Assembly: GCA_030390025.1 (NCBI GenBank)
Contig: CM059431.1
Span: 117,058,001 to 117,122,000, forward strand
Source: Squalus acanthias
Taxonomy: Eukaryota
DNA length: 64,000 nt
Reading direction: 5' to 3'
The position numbers and the translations under genes were made by a program. A model generated the notes under the pieces. The model did no database searches, was not told the origin of the DNA, and saw only the letters and a program-made list of their open reading frames with translations. Below are positions 50,001 to 59,781 of this stretch, piece after piece. Each line of letters starts with the position of its first letter. Positions within the stretch are counted from its first letter, which is position 1.

Positions 50001-51484
50001 CACTGGGTACAGCAAAAATCTTGGTCCGGGAAGTGTTCTCGCGGTGGGGACTCCCCCGTTTCGTGGAGTCAGACCAAGGGAGTCATTTCACCGGCCAGGT
50101 GATGCAGAACACCCTCATGCTTTTGGGCATTGAAGGGAAGTGGCACGTAGCACACAATCCCCAGTCATCCGGGATTGTTGAACGTATGAACCGGACCCTG
50201 AAGGAGAAATTGAGGAAAGAGACTAGGAACTCGCCCCAAAAATGGGCGGAAGTTCTGCCTTTAGTCCTCATGGGGGTCCGGGCCAGTCAGTCAAAAAGTA
50301 CGGGGTACTCCCCGCACGAGGTAATGACCGGCAGGCTCATGCGAACCCCCACCCATGTGCTAGCCCCGGTGCTCACTGAGGGTCAGCTTCAAGAGATCAG
50401 CAGGGACAAGTTCGCCCAAACTCTCTTGGAGCGCCTGAAGCAAGTTTATCAGCAGGCGGCTGGGAACATGGGAAGGCAGCACCAGGGCAATCGCTTGTTG
50501 CTGGAACCCCGCAAAACGCGGGAGTGGGAAGTAGGAGACCAGGTCATGGTCAGAAACTACGCCAGAGTAGGGAGTCTGGAACCACTGTATATGGGACCCT
50601 ACAACATTGTAGACAAGGCAAGTCCCATGGTTTACGCCGTAAAAGTACCTCGGGGCACTAAGTGGTTCCACATAAACCAATGTAAACTGTACCAGCCGGG
50701 TGCGCAAGGGAAAACTACAGGGGTAAATCCCGCCAATGGGAAAACACAGCCCCAGGTAGGACCACAAGGCACACAGGCAGGCGTAGCAGCTTGCATCAGG
50801 GGAAGGGACATCCCGGACGATCATGCAGCGTTTTTCTGGAGTTGGGGGTTAGATGACGAGGACCCCAGGGTACCCTGGTCAGATGAGGATAGTGCAGATG
50901 AGCATAGTGATGATGACGGGTGGTTTCAGAGGAACGGTCTGGAAGGATTGGGGCCGCTAGGTAGAGATCCATACGGGGTGGACACACAAGCTGCAGGTCC
51001 CGACAGCAGGAGGAAGGAGCTAGAGGAGGCCGGGCCAGCCGCTATGTGGTTCCCAGAGGTGTGGCCGCCCGCTTTGAACGTCCAGTCCTCAGGGGAGGCA
51101 GAGTTCGCGAGTGAAGGGCCGCCTGCTGGGCCGAGCAGGGCGGGGCCCCGAACTGCCAGCCCCGAGGTTAGGGAGGCGGAGTCAGCGGAGGCGGGGCTGG
51201 CGCCTGTGATGGAACCCCAGGTCATCCCGTTGAAGGTCTCGGGACCCGGTCCGTCCGTCACGGAGCCCCCGCCCATAGCAATTCCCCGTAGGTCAAGCAG
51301 AGTACCCCAGCCCAGGAAGATGTGGTCAGGTCCCCAGGCTGCCCTAGGGCGTAAGTTTCAGGTTAAGATAACCCGGGTAGAGACAGGCCACATCGAAGCA
51401 GTAACAGGCTGCGGCAGATCAGAGGAAAGGGTCAGTGCCCTCCCACCGTCGGGAAGAGCTCGCAGCAGCCTTCTCAGGATTTAA
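47021..51484 (+). CDS. pol: Pol: protease, RT, degenerate RNase H tether, RNase H, integrase, long tail; in frame with gag
   Basis: LLDTGAS; LPQGF, YVDD; IYVDGSS/AQQAEL/SDS/VKAH/GNRQAD; HHCC, D-D35-E (QIDY, SDQG, VERMN), GPY. Confidence 0.96.
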   Translation, partial: LEPAQPVYLCPLSYDAWRRPVVEMEVEKQKGSYLLDTGASCTIIHTDDPFDSPLSTKVPFTLAGFTGKEQAGTFSLPLSIRLGTLRLKWKCILMAWQKGGGRGILGSDLLAGHGILVDLRNHCLWGAKGEKGEVMVIQGEEETGVLCTVQPSGGYDLRLMVADVPTDMQTYVTDNMHAFATHKHDCGRVVGFEVSVDGDPMTRPQKQYNFPKEAEPDMEAAMSSLVQQGVLRPIATHVNSPLWPVRKPDNSWRATVDYRVLNSNIPACAPTVAAVADLIGSIPASATTFTVLDISNGFWSIPLRREDQYKFAFTFKGQQYTWNCLPQGFHNSPSIFHQCMAGSLKEFSQPNQIVQYVDDLLLFTDSREEHGPLLDELLELLARKGFKVNPKKARIGQQEVKFLGLTLRAGERAIDKARRESVQELPIPNNVRGVRSFLGLTGYCRDFIEDYAATAAPLLRLLHKGVEWLWDEGCQAAFEKLKRDLQTAPALGAIDGGKEFFLEVAASGDSLSAVLLQERHGKLRPVVYSSRVLTDVERSFSNCERHLLATHWAVKRSAIFTGLSPITLLTHHTPTKMLLDGRIKDGTVSSARIARWTLLLSQLDIRVKGLCEPRLAANLVYPGTAHRCSVEGVWDVNIGLRAGVHPTGREIYVDGSSTVSAGERLTGCGVYDPAADLALAIKLPSTMSAQQAELSAVVYVVTHPDIFPTPYTICSDSMFTCNSCTEYLAIWSRRGYTSADGRPLTVKPLLEKILAAAVGEEGEIFIHKVKAHSSTEPRGEGNRQADALAREGARDGTFWNPYRTGPIAAVRGGDGNTGNTRVALPLDLKTVQAQDPALKAVLKTIAEGRQVEGPYSTATLSVKEGMLFREEQWVVPQQHRREFLQLAHEGPGAGHPGPEVTWQRVEQAGWWPGLREQVREFCANCLVCAANNPDPQKRKVPMGHVRRVEGPWQSIQIDYIGPLPTTQGGYKYCLVLVDVFSKWVEAFPCRTATALGTAKILVREVFSRWGLPRFVESDQGSHFTGQVMQNTLMLLGIEGKWHVAHNPQSSGIVERMNRTLKEKLRKETRNSPQKWAEVLPLVLMGVRASQSKSTGYSPHEVMTGRLMRTPTHVLAPVLTEGQLQEISRDKFAQTLLERLKQVYQQAAGNMGRQHQGNRLLLEPRKTREWEVGDQVMVRNYARVGSLEPLYMGPYNIVDKASPMVYAVKVPRGTKWFHINQCKLYQPGAQGKTTGVNPANGKTQPQVGPQGTQAGVAACIRGRDIPDDHAAFFWSWGLDDEDPRVPWSDEDSADEHSDDDGWFQRNGLEGLGPLGRDPYGVDTQAAGPDSRRKELEEAGPAAMWFPEVWPPALNVQSSGEAEFASEGPPAGPSRAGPRTASPEVREAESAEAGLAPVMEPQVIPLKVSGPGPSVTEPPPIAIPRRSSRVPQPRKMWSGPQAALGRKFQVKITRVETGHIEAVTGCGRSEERVSALPPSGRARSSLLRI

Positions 51485-51768
51485 AGGGGCCGCCCTGAGA
51501 ACGGGCGGCATTGTAAAGTTATTAGTTTAAGGTTTTAAGTTTTAGTTTAAAGTTTTAAGTAGTTTTAATAAGGTTAAGTTTGTAGTGTTTTTAACAGATA
51601 ACGATAAAATGATGGGAGTTTTAAGGCTAGGTTTAGAGGAAGTCTATTTAGCAAACGTTGAAGTTTACGTGAGGCGAGGTCAGGGGACCCGCTCACCCTT
51701 CACAAAAGCCAGAGACTTTTTGCGAGGCTGGCTACCTCATTCTATCTGATCACAGGAACCAAGGAAGG

Positions 51769-54120
51769 ATGGAACGACTTCTAGTTTTGCTCGTGGCAAT
51801 CGGATGTGGATTGGCCTATCGGGGCCTCACCAAGGATGTCGTGGTGTTTGGATGTTCCGGGGACACGGCCCCCATCGCGGTGGATGGGACCGGAAGACGG
51901 AAGGCAGAAGGGACCAGCACCTATTTCCACAAGGGAAGGTGGCCAGGATGGCTGGGAACGAACTCAACGGAGTATTCCAGCACATCGGGGTTCGCCTACA
52001 AAGAGACTTCTTTAATGTGCCCCAAAGTACGGATCATCGCACCCAGGATCAGCGTCACCGTCGGCAAACGGATTTGTTTGACCTGCAGTGGGAATGTCCC
52101 ATTGAGCCGATGGTGGTGGCTGCGAAAGCTGAGCAAAACTATGAGGAACTCTTCGGTTGAGTGGGAGCGACTGGGTAATAATACCCATCGGACAATTACG
52201 GGGACAGATGGACAAGTGAAAGTCTGTTGGGACAAATGGTGGGAACCAGATGAGGGGATTTATGTTTGTATGTGGGGGTCAAAGTACGTTTGCCCCAAAG
52301 GCATCTCCATATTCTTTATTAACCAGTGGCAGGATAACGGACAGGGGATGAGGTGGGATGCGAGCACCAGGGGGTGCGGAGCCCCATACTCTCCGATCCC
52401 AGTAAATGCCACTGAGCTCATTACGCGCCCACGCAAAGCCCCGCCCACGATTCCGGTAGTTCTAACTGAGGAAGAAGGGTGCCCTAAAACTAGTAAGGGA
52501 CCCGGGAACGGTTTGGTACTGGTCCCCACAGACCAGATACTATTTCAGGGGGTACATTACGCGGTGGCCTCGGTGATTTTAAATCTCACTGAGGTACGGT
52601 TACCAGAGTGGTGCCCCAAAAAGACGGAACAGTTGTACCAGATCCTGTTGACCAAGATGTTCAGGCAATTTTACGAGTTTGATTTTGCAGAAATCGATAA
52701 GACAAGTTTATACACCGCACCGCAGGAAGTTTTGGACCAAGTAGGGAGGCAAAGAAGGGGTTTGGTGAACGATGCGTTCACTGCTTTTAACACAGGGACA
52801 TCTGTGGTCAACGCTCTAGACAGTGTGGAGCTGCAGACCCAGATTAATGGTTTAAAAACACAGTTAAAGGATATTCTTACAGATGAGAATAAAGTGGTAG
52901 GGTCGGGTCTGCACGAGGACCAAGCCATGACACTACACTTAAAAGAGATTATAGCAGAGCTGGAGAAACATGCGCGTACGGTAAATGCCCTGATTAGGGA
53001 AGATCGGAATGCATCCGATCAAGCTGCGCAGAACGAGGTGTGCGTGCTTTACGGGGCGTGGTTACTGGGCGAGGGCCGCAGTAATTTGGAGGATTTAAAA
53101 CAAGGTTTGGTCCCGTCCTGGATAAGTAACAAACACCTGCGGGCGCTCCACCCTTTTCAGAATGCATTAAGTCCGTGCCAGCTCAGGCTAGCTTCAGAAG
53201 CTTACCCAGTCCCCGTGGACTGCGGACGTTCAAACCATACTATTATGGGAATAGTATTACGCATGCCGGTTTTGGGCAACACAGCAAAGCCCGCCCCGGT
53301 ATATCGGGTAGAGAACATTGGTGTCATTCAGGGGGGAGCCCACATTCGTTATGCAGCGGTTCCACCTTACGTCATCCGCTGGGAGCAAACGATGACAGGT
53401 ACAGATCTCTCTGGTTGTCGTGGCAGGGGAGCACACATAATACTGTGCCCCCAGCACTTGAATGCCTTTTTAACACCACAGTGCGGGTTCAGAACGGCTG
53501 GCGCCAAGTCCATGAATTGCACCATGGAGGCAATGGCACAAGATCATGTGCCTCCGCAGGTAGCATACATCGGGGGTGGAACATATTGTGTTACCACTGC
53601 AGCGCAACACTACCAGCATGGAAACCGTAGCCGGTGTCCGGTGAGTGACAGCAGTTTCTGTTTTAAACCCAGGGCTGAAGTTCAAGTAGCACAACAGCGA
53701 ATTATCCCAATCCCTGAACCATCCACTGTTCATCTCACAGTAAAAGAGAATTTTACCGACTTGCAGCGATTTGTCGCACATTTTGGGTACCTCATTCCCC
53801 CTCTCCCTGAGCATTTAACCAAACTTCTAAAAGCCGTCGCGGTGTCACAAAAGCATTTCTATACATTAGAACAGAAAACCGTCGAGATAGGTACAGACAT
53901 TTTGGACATAGTGGTTCCACCGTGGTGGAATCTGTTCACGAATATTGAAGTGCCCTCATGGGTCAGAATAGCCTCCCACATTTTAGTCGTCTGTCAAGTG
54001 TTTATTGTAGTATACCTATTGTTCATACATTGTAAAAGAGACAAACGCCTCACCAAGCATGAGAACACGGGAGAATGGCGAGAACGTTACGTGCGCGTGC
54101 ACGACGAGAGCGCAGTGTAA
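51769..54120 (+). CDS. env: Envelope / class I fusion glycoprotein (783 aa)
   Basis: Signal peptide, N-glycosylation sequons, furin site RQRR (52747-52758), fusion peptide, heptad repeat, Cys-rich ectodomain, TM (about 53968-54033), short tail. Confidence 0.9.
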   Translation: MERLLVLLVAIGCGLAYRGLTKDVVVFGCSGDTAPIAVDGTGRRKAEGTSTYFHKGRWPGWLGTNSTEYSSTSGFAYKETSLMCPKVRIIAPRISVTVGKRICLTCSGNVPLSRWWWLRKLSKTMRNSSVEWERLGNNTHRTITGTDGQVKVCWDKWWEPDEGIYVCMWGSKYVCPKGISIFFINQWQDNGQGMRWDASTRGCGAPYSPIPVNATELITRPRKAPPTIPVVLTEEEGCPKTSKGPGNGLVLVPTDQILFQGVHYAVASVILNLTEVRLPEWCPKKTEQLYQILLTKMFRQFYEFDFAEIDKTSLYTAPQEVLDQVGRQRRGLVNDAFTAFNTGTSVVNALDSVELQTQINGLKTQLKDILTDENKVVGSGLHEDQAMTLHLKEIIAELEKHARTVNALIREDRNASDQAAQNEVCVLYGAWLLGEGRSNLEDLKQGLVPSWISNKHLRALHPFQNALSPCQLRLASEAYPVPVDCGRSNHTIMGIVLRMPVLGNTAKPAPVYRVENIGVIQGGAHIRYAAVPPYVIRWEQTMTGTDLSGCRGRGAHIILCPQHLNAFLTPQCGFRTAGAKSMNCTMEAMAQDHVPPQVAYIGGGTYCVTTAAQHYQHGNRSRCPVSDSSFCFKPRAEVQVAQQRIIPIPEPSTVHLTVKENFTDLQRFVAHFGYLIPPLPEHLTKLLKAVAVSQKHFYTLEQKTVEIGTDILDIVVPPWWNLFTNIEVPSWVRIASHILVVCQVFIVVYLLFIHCKRDKRLTKHENTGEWRERYVRVHDESAV

Positions 54121-54534
54121 TGGGAAAATGGCGTCACTCCCGCTCGCCACGTGCGCCGCGGAAGTTTGTACTCATTGTAAATACGTTGGAAACTCGACAT
54201 GTTTAAGAGTCGGGATTTGTTTATTTTGGTGATGGTGTTGATTGTTTGGTTTTTGGGTTTTGTTTTTCCTTCCCTTGAATAAAAGACAAATATACAGGTG
54301 ATGCGTGAGGTATCGGCCTGGTTACGCCGGGAAGGAAAACAAGTGGTGTAAGTTTAAGGGCAAATGATGCCTACGGTGATATAAAATGTGATTTTTTCTT
54401 GGGAAATGAGGACGACACAGAGACCCTAGTGAAGTTAAAATTTTATGGGATTAATTTACTGGATTCGGAGTGAAATCGAGATAAGATTGCTCACCACTGA
54501 GATTTTTGATACGATAAGCGGAGTTATTCGCATC

Positions 54535-54546
54535 AACAGGAGGGAC
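54535..54546 (+). other. Polypurine tract
   Basis: aacaggagggac immediately before the 3' LTR TG. Confidence 0.7.
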
Positions 54547-56167
54547 TGTAGAATTCGCAATTATCGCGATTTCATTTTAATAAGGAGAAAACACAAGTTT
54601 CGTTCAAAACAGCTTTTATTTCAGCGGAATGCTGTCAGGTTTAAATTGGACACAAGCAGCCTGTAAAATGGCCGCCGCACCGCGTGACAGAACATTCGAG
54701 ACTTTTCAGCAGGCAGACAAGATGGCGTTCCAATAAACATTTTTGCAGGATCGATAACGATTCAGCACAGTGAAGACAATACACAGGACATTATGGGTTT
54801 ACAGTATAAACATCGATACTGGGATCGGTCTCCCAGGTACAAAGGAAAGCCATCAAGGGCCCATCCAAAGGACATTAATATGTAAACTCCCAACGGCTCT
54901 ACGATGAGAGAGCCGTTAGCAGGTAGTTATACAGGACACTTGGAAGCCCCAAACCCCTCCAGGGGGAACACCGACCGATTTAACAATGGGAGAAATATTA
55001 ACAGGTACTCAAACATTCAGGAGTAGCCCCGAAACCCATTAAGGACAGAGATCACCCATACAGGACATTTTTGGGCGCCAAACCTTAAACAAAAGAATGG
55101 ACATTGTAGTTGGGCGGGAAACGGAAGAACTGTGCACTATAATTGCAGGCCCAAACCGTCCATTCGCTCTCTTGCTCTTTTGCTCTTGACTCTTGCCGCT
55201 TGCTGCTGTTATCATCGTGGCTGCTCCTGTGTTTTATCCGGTCGATTCGTAACCTCGTGGCTGCTCCTGGGTAAAAGACTGTTGCAAAGACCTATGTTGG
55301 TAGCTGGCAGCGGAACCGAAGGCCCGGGATGAGATGAGATGAGATGAGATGAGAGGAGAAGAGAAGAAGACCTTATCCATCGCCACGGTCAGTAAATCCC
55401 GACCGCGCCTGTAGGTCGATCAGCCAAGTCTTCTCGACAGGAAGTTTTCTTCTTTAACAAGACATATTGCATCGATGATAACTGGACTGTGTAAACACAT
55501 CGTATCAGTGATATTGACAACGGTGCTCCACGATTAAACTTTGAAGCCCACCAACAGAGGTCTTCACTACAGCGGACGGTCCAGCCGACTGACCGAGCAG
55601 CAGAAGCAGTAAACAAGTGGGACCAGGAGATCTCCTGACCAACACGTGGGTGCTGCGGTGAAAAACATCCGATCAGCTATTCGGGATTTCTCCGAGTTAT
55701 TACGAGTGGTGAGCATGAGTCTCGGGATCCTACGAAGCTAGTTTTAGGATAGTTATTGATAGGGGAGGGTTTAAAGATTAAGGATATTTGTAATGTGTGC
55801 CCTATTTACGTTGTGCTGGTCGTTCCTCGTTTCCCTAAGAGTGATTATAACTGTTTGTAAGATTGTACTGTCATTAATCTGTGCATATGACATGTATTTC
55901 ATAATTTTAAGTATCATGCAATAAAGATTTTCCATTTCGTACCGTTCAAACCAAGTCTACATGAGTTTTATCTCCATTACTGCTCTCGCATCTAAGTCCA
56001 GTGTCTAGAACCGTAAGGGAGAGTGATTCGAACCACTCACAGGGGTGTCTAGTGTTCCCAGACTGGCTGGAGACCAGGCCTAGACCCGCACTGACATACA
56101 GGCTGCACAGAGCCGCGTGAACCTCACAGGCTACGAGACACGCAGGGTCAGGAGAGTATCCCTTACA
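54547..56167 (+). repeat. 3' LTR
   Basis: Direct repeat of 43584-45204. Confidence 0.97.
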
Positions 56168-57345
56168 GGCTGACAGTTAACAGCAAGGGCACTGGTGGAG
56201 TGGCAGTGGTGGAAGCACAAATGCCGTCATCCTGAGAGAGGACAGCAGGTTTGTGATCCACAGAGCCATTGCCACTCCTACAGAGCGGCGTCTCAGCATT
56301 ACTAGCCATCTGTTGGAGGACAGATTGCTGGACTGCTGTGACACACTGCAAGCCCCTTTCCACATTGGTAAACACAGCCACGATGGCAGCAGTCTGAGCT
56401 TGCATGGCAGCAAGCTGAGCCTGCATGAGAGCAGTCTGAGCTTGTGTGACAGACGTCTGAGCTTCCACTGCAGTACTCAGACTTTGGGTGGCTTCTGTTT
56501 GTTCTACAGTGGAAGCTGAGACATCGGCCATCAGGCCCTGCATCATGGTTGGGCCACAAGTGCGCTAATGGAGTTGCCCATCACTTCCATGCTGGAAAGG
56601 ATGGGCTCCAAGCTCTGCGCAAAGCCCTGTGCAAGGTTGGTGCCAGACTCCTCCATGCTCCTTGACATTACACTCAGGCTTTCTGGCAGGCCTGCCAATG
56701 CAACAAGCATTTCATTGTGCATACCCATCAGCATTCTTCTGTAGGCCACCCCATCGAAGTCCTCATCTGAGTCCTGTGCCACAGAACTCATGTGCAACCT
56801 TGCCCTCCGGGGAGCTGGCACCTGTGCTACCCCCTGCCCTGGCTGCAGCCCATTCATGCCCGATGACTCAGCGCGTGCAGATCCCGCCTCTAAGTTACCC
56901 TCTAAAGTCCGCGCAGCGCCAGTATCTGAGCTGGTGGCGGCGAGTGTCTGATCGAGTGATGGTCTTTCTACTTCATCATCACTCTCCTCTCCCTCTTCTT
57001 CCTGCACCACTGCCTGGCCAGTTTGGATTTCTTCAGTCTCTGAAATGAGTAAGGCACCAGGGTACGGTTGTGGTGAGGGGAGGCGGGGAAAGGAAGAGAT
57101 GCATACTTACACCATGTGCAGCTTGTAAATCAGAAGAAATTGCGGGATGAGGGGGAAGTGGGATGTGAGAAGAAGGATTATGTATGAGGATACCAGCATC
57201 TTGTATTCTTTCAGCCCCTCTGCTGGCCACGTGCTCAGTGATGCCCCTCTCAATAATGGCCAGCACTGTCTTCTCCACGGGGATCGGGTTATGCAGGCGC
57301 ACCTGTCTCCTGCTGGAGCTGGTTGTAAGCCATCTTTTCCTGCAA
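56168..57345 (-). pseudogene. Harbinger Myb-like gene exons 2-3 (continues at 43583 and leftward)
   Basis: Acidic and Ala/Gln-rich ORFs 56543-57010 and 56163-56546, homologous to 60835-61323. Confidence 0.75.
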
Positions 57346-57726
57346 GAGAAAGGGAAGTGTGTCAATGAGTGTGGTGCAATGTGTTTGGGTGATATGCCTG
57401 TGAATAGCTGACAGTGTGTGCAAGCTGTGAGATGTGGGTGTGAGGCGGCAGCAGTGCTAAGTGTGTGAGGGCGAGTTGAAGCTATGAATGTGAGGTATGC
57501 GTGCTGCCTACATTCCTTTGAACGGGTGCAGGGTGATCGTGCATCACAGTCCCCACGCCTGTTTTCAAGGGCAAACAAATTTCTAGGCCACTCTCTTTTC
57601 ATTTGAATTCTGTTCTGTCAGATATCAGGATCTCAAGCAAAATTAGTCTGTGCATTTTTAACCCAGTTCTTAGAAGATGTGTGGATAACGCAGAGCTGAT
57701 GATAATTTGGCACTTATAGCCATTAT

Positions 57727-58115
57727 CATAGAAACATAGCAGATAGGAGCAGGAGTAGGCCATTCAGCCCCTTGAGCCAGCTCCGCCATTCAATACGATC
57801 ATGGCTGATCATTCAAATTCAGTACCCTGTCCCTGCTTTCTCCCCATATCCCTTGGTCCCTTTAGCCTTAAGAAATATATCTAACTCCTTCTTGAATATA
57901 TTTAATGAATTGGCCTCAATTGTCTTCTGTGGTAGAGAATTCCACAGGTTCACCACTCCCTGGGTGAAGAAATTCCTCCTCATCTCAGTCCTAAATGGCT
58001 TACCCGTTATCCTTAGACTGTGACCCCTGGTTCTGGACTCCCCCGCCATTGGGAACATCCTTCCTGCATCTAGTCTGTCTAGTCCTGTTAGAATTTTATA
58101 TGTTTCAATGAGATC
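57727..58115 (-). mobile_element. CR1 3' fragment
   Basis: SRTRGHSLRITGKPFRTEMRRNFFTQGVVNLWNSLP. Confidence 0.85.
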
Positions 58116-58724
58116 CTTAAAGAGGTTATTGTATAAACATTATAGTATCTTTGCATCCATAATCAAGTATTAGAAATTCTCACTGAGCAGGATGTGTCTG
58201 TACGGTTGACAACTGTATGTGATTAGTAGAAAATGCATCAAAAGTGAGCAGCATTTCTTTTTACGCTCTGAAGTCTTTTCTCATCTGTTAATCTCTAATG
58301 TTACTGACAAACACTTCACAGTGTCAGAGTAACTTACTCTGAATCTGTTAGAATGCTTTGAACAGAGATACAGGAGAGCAGAAAAATATTGAAACCAAAC
58401 AAGCTCGCTTCTCACAGCTTCATGTACTTTTTCAGCTAAGCAGTCTCCCCACTTCATTGTTTCATTTGTCACCTGCTGCGTGAGATGTTGTATTTTAGTT
58501 TAGCAGCTGATAAGTCATTTAAAACAAAACAAAATCAAAATGTTAAACACTGGAATGCAGCCATTGTACAGTTCTGCAAATCCATACTTTAAAATGTACC
58601 ATTCCCAGCAAAATGTGAGCTGGCAAGCAGTTAGTAAAATTTTAAGATGAATATGAGAAAGCCACGATTGCATCTTGTCTGATTATGCAGCCAAAAGGTG
58701 TCAGGACTGTTATACTAGTACCAG

Positions 58725-58865
58725 CACAAAGGCAAAATACTGCGGATACTGGAAAAATACTGCAGATGCTGGATGACCAAAGGTCATCGACCTGAAATGT
58801 TAACTCTGTTACTCTCTCCACAGATGCTGCCTGACCTGCTGAGTATTTCCAGCATTTTCTGTTTA
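58725..58865 (+). repeat. Short interspersed repeat with a degenerate hammerhead-like core
   Basis: aaaatactgc(g/a)gat(a/g)ctgg duplication, then atgacca-a-AGGTC-atc-GACCT-GAAA. Confidence 0.45.
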
Positions 58866-59007
58866 TATACTATTTACCAGTATGGGCAGCTTAGCACTGG
58901 AAAAAATAATGTTAAGTTTGAGACAGATAAAGACAAGATTGATGTAGGTTGTTCTTGCTAGAATGGAACAACTCTGTGTTAGAGAAACAAATTAAACCGA
59001 TGAACAC

Positions 59008-59372
59008 TTTGAGGGAGTGCTGCACTGTTGGAGGTGCTGTCTTTCGGATGTGATGTTAAACCAAGGCCCCAGCTGTCCTCTCGGGTGGATGCAAATGATC
59101 CCATATCACTATTTGATGAAGAGCAGGGGAGTTCTCCCAGTGCCCTGGCCAATATTTATCCCTCAACCAGCAGCACTAAAAAAAAAATCATCTGGTCATT
59201 TATCTCATTGCTGTTTGTGGGACCTTGTTGCATGCGGGACCTTGCTGTATGCAAATTTACTTACATGTTTACTTACATTACAACAACAGTGACTACACTT
59301 CAAATTGGTTGTGAAATGCTTTGGAACATCCTGAGGATGTGAAGACACTATATAAATGCAAGTTCTTTCTTC
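59008..59372 (+). mobile_element. DeuSINE (SacSINE1-like) body and L2-like tail
   Basis: gtgctgcactgttggaggtgctgtctttc...gttaaacc Deu-like core; 3' half matches the 13561 SINE; tail ctatataaatgcaagttctttc. Confidence 0.65.
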
Positions 59373-59781
59373 TTTCCTTGAACAACTGGGACCAAGTACC
59401 TGATGAAACAATAGAGCTGTATATAGTGAGTCTCTACAGATTAACTGGAACATGTAACTATTGGGCACTGGAAGAAAGCCTAATTTAATACAGAATATTT
59501 TTGCACATAGCACACTGATACTAGGAAGAAGTTTTTTTACAAGATTCAAAACTTTGATTATTGAAAGCTTGCACTGCCATATGTAAAACTGCTTAATTAA
59601 CAAAGCAACTGAAAGAAAACAAGTCTCAGAAAGACCACTTAATATTTTTCATGAAGAACATGACTTCAGATATGAAGCCCAATAAATTTTGGAAAGCTTT
59701 TTAAATCAACTATAAATATCACAAAAATATCCTAACAGGCCAGAAAGAAGGAAACCTGTCCTGCTAGGGTTTGGAAATATA

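Larger units (their letters stand above)
43584..56167 (+). mobile_element. Intact full-length endogenous retrovirus-like provirus (lokiretrovirus-like): LTR-gag-pol-env-LTR
   Basis: Paired 1621-bp LTRs TGTA...TACA; GGCT TSD (43580-43583, 56168-56171); PBS, PPT, three uninterrupted ORFs. Confidence 0.95.
41533..57589. mobile_element. Harbinger transposon hosting the provirus
   Basis: TIR GGGCTAGAAATT / AATTTCTAGGCC, ACT TSD (41530-41532, 57590-57592); transposase (+) and Myb-like gene (-), whose exon 1 appears deleted. Confidence 0.88.

Noticed and set aside
58334..58472. Possible minus-strand host exon (cag|GTG...AGA|gtaagt)
   Set aside because: Good donor, but the acceptor is weak, the peptide is unrecognisable and no partner exons were found
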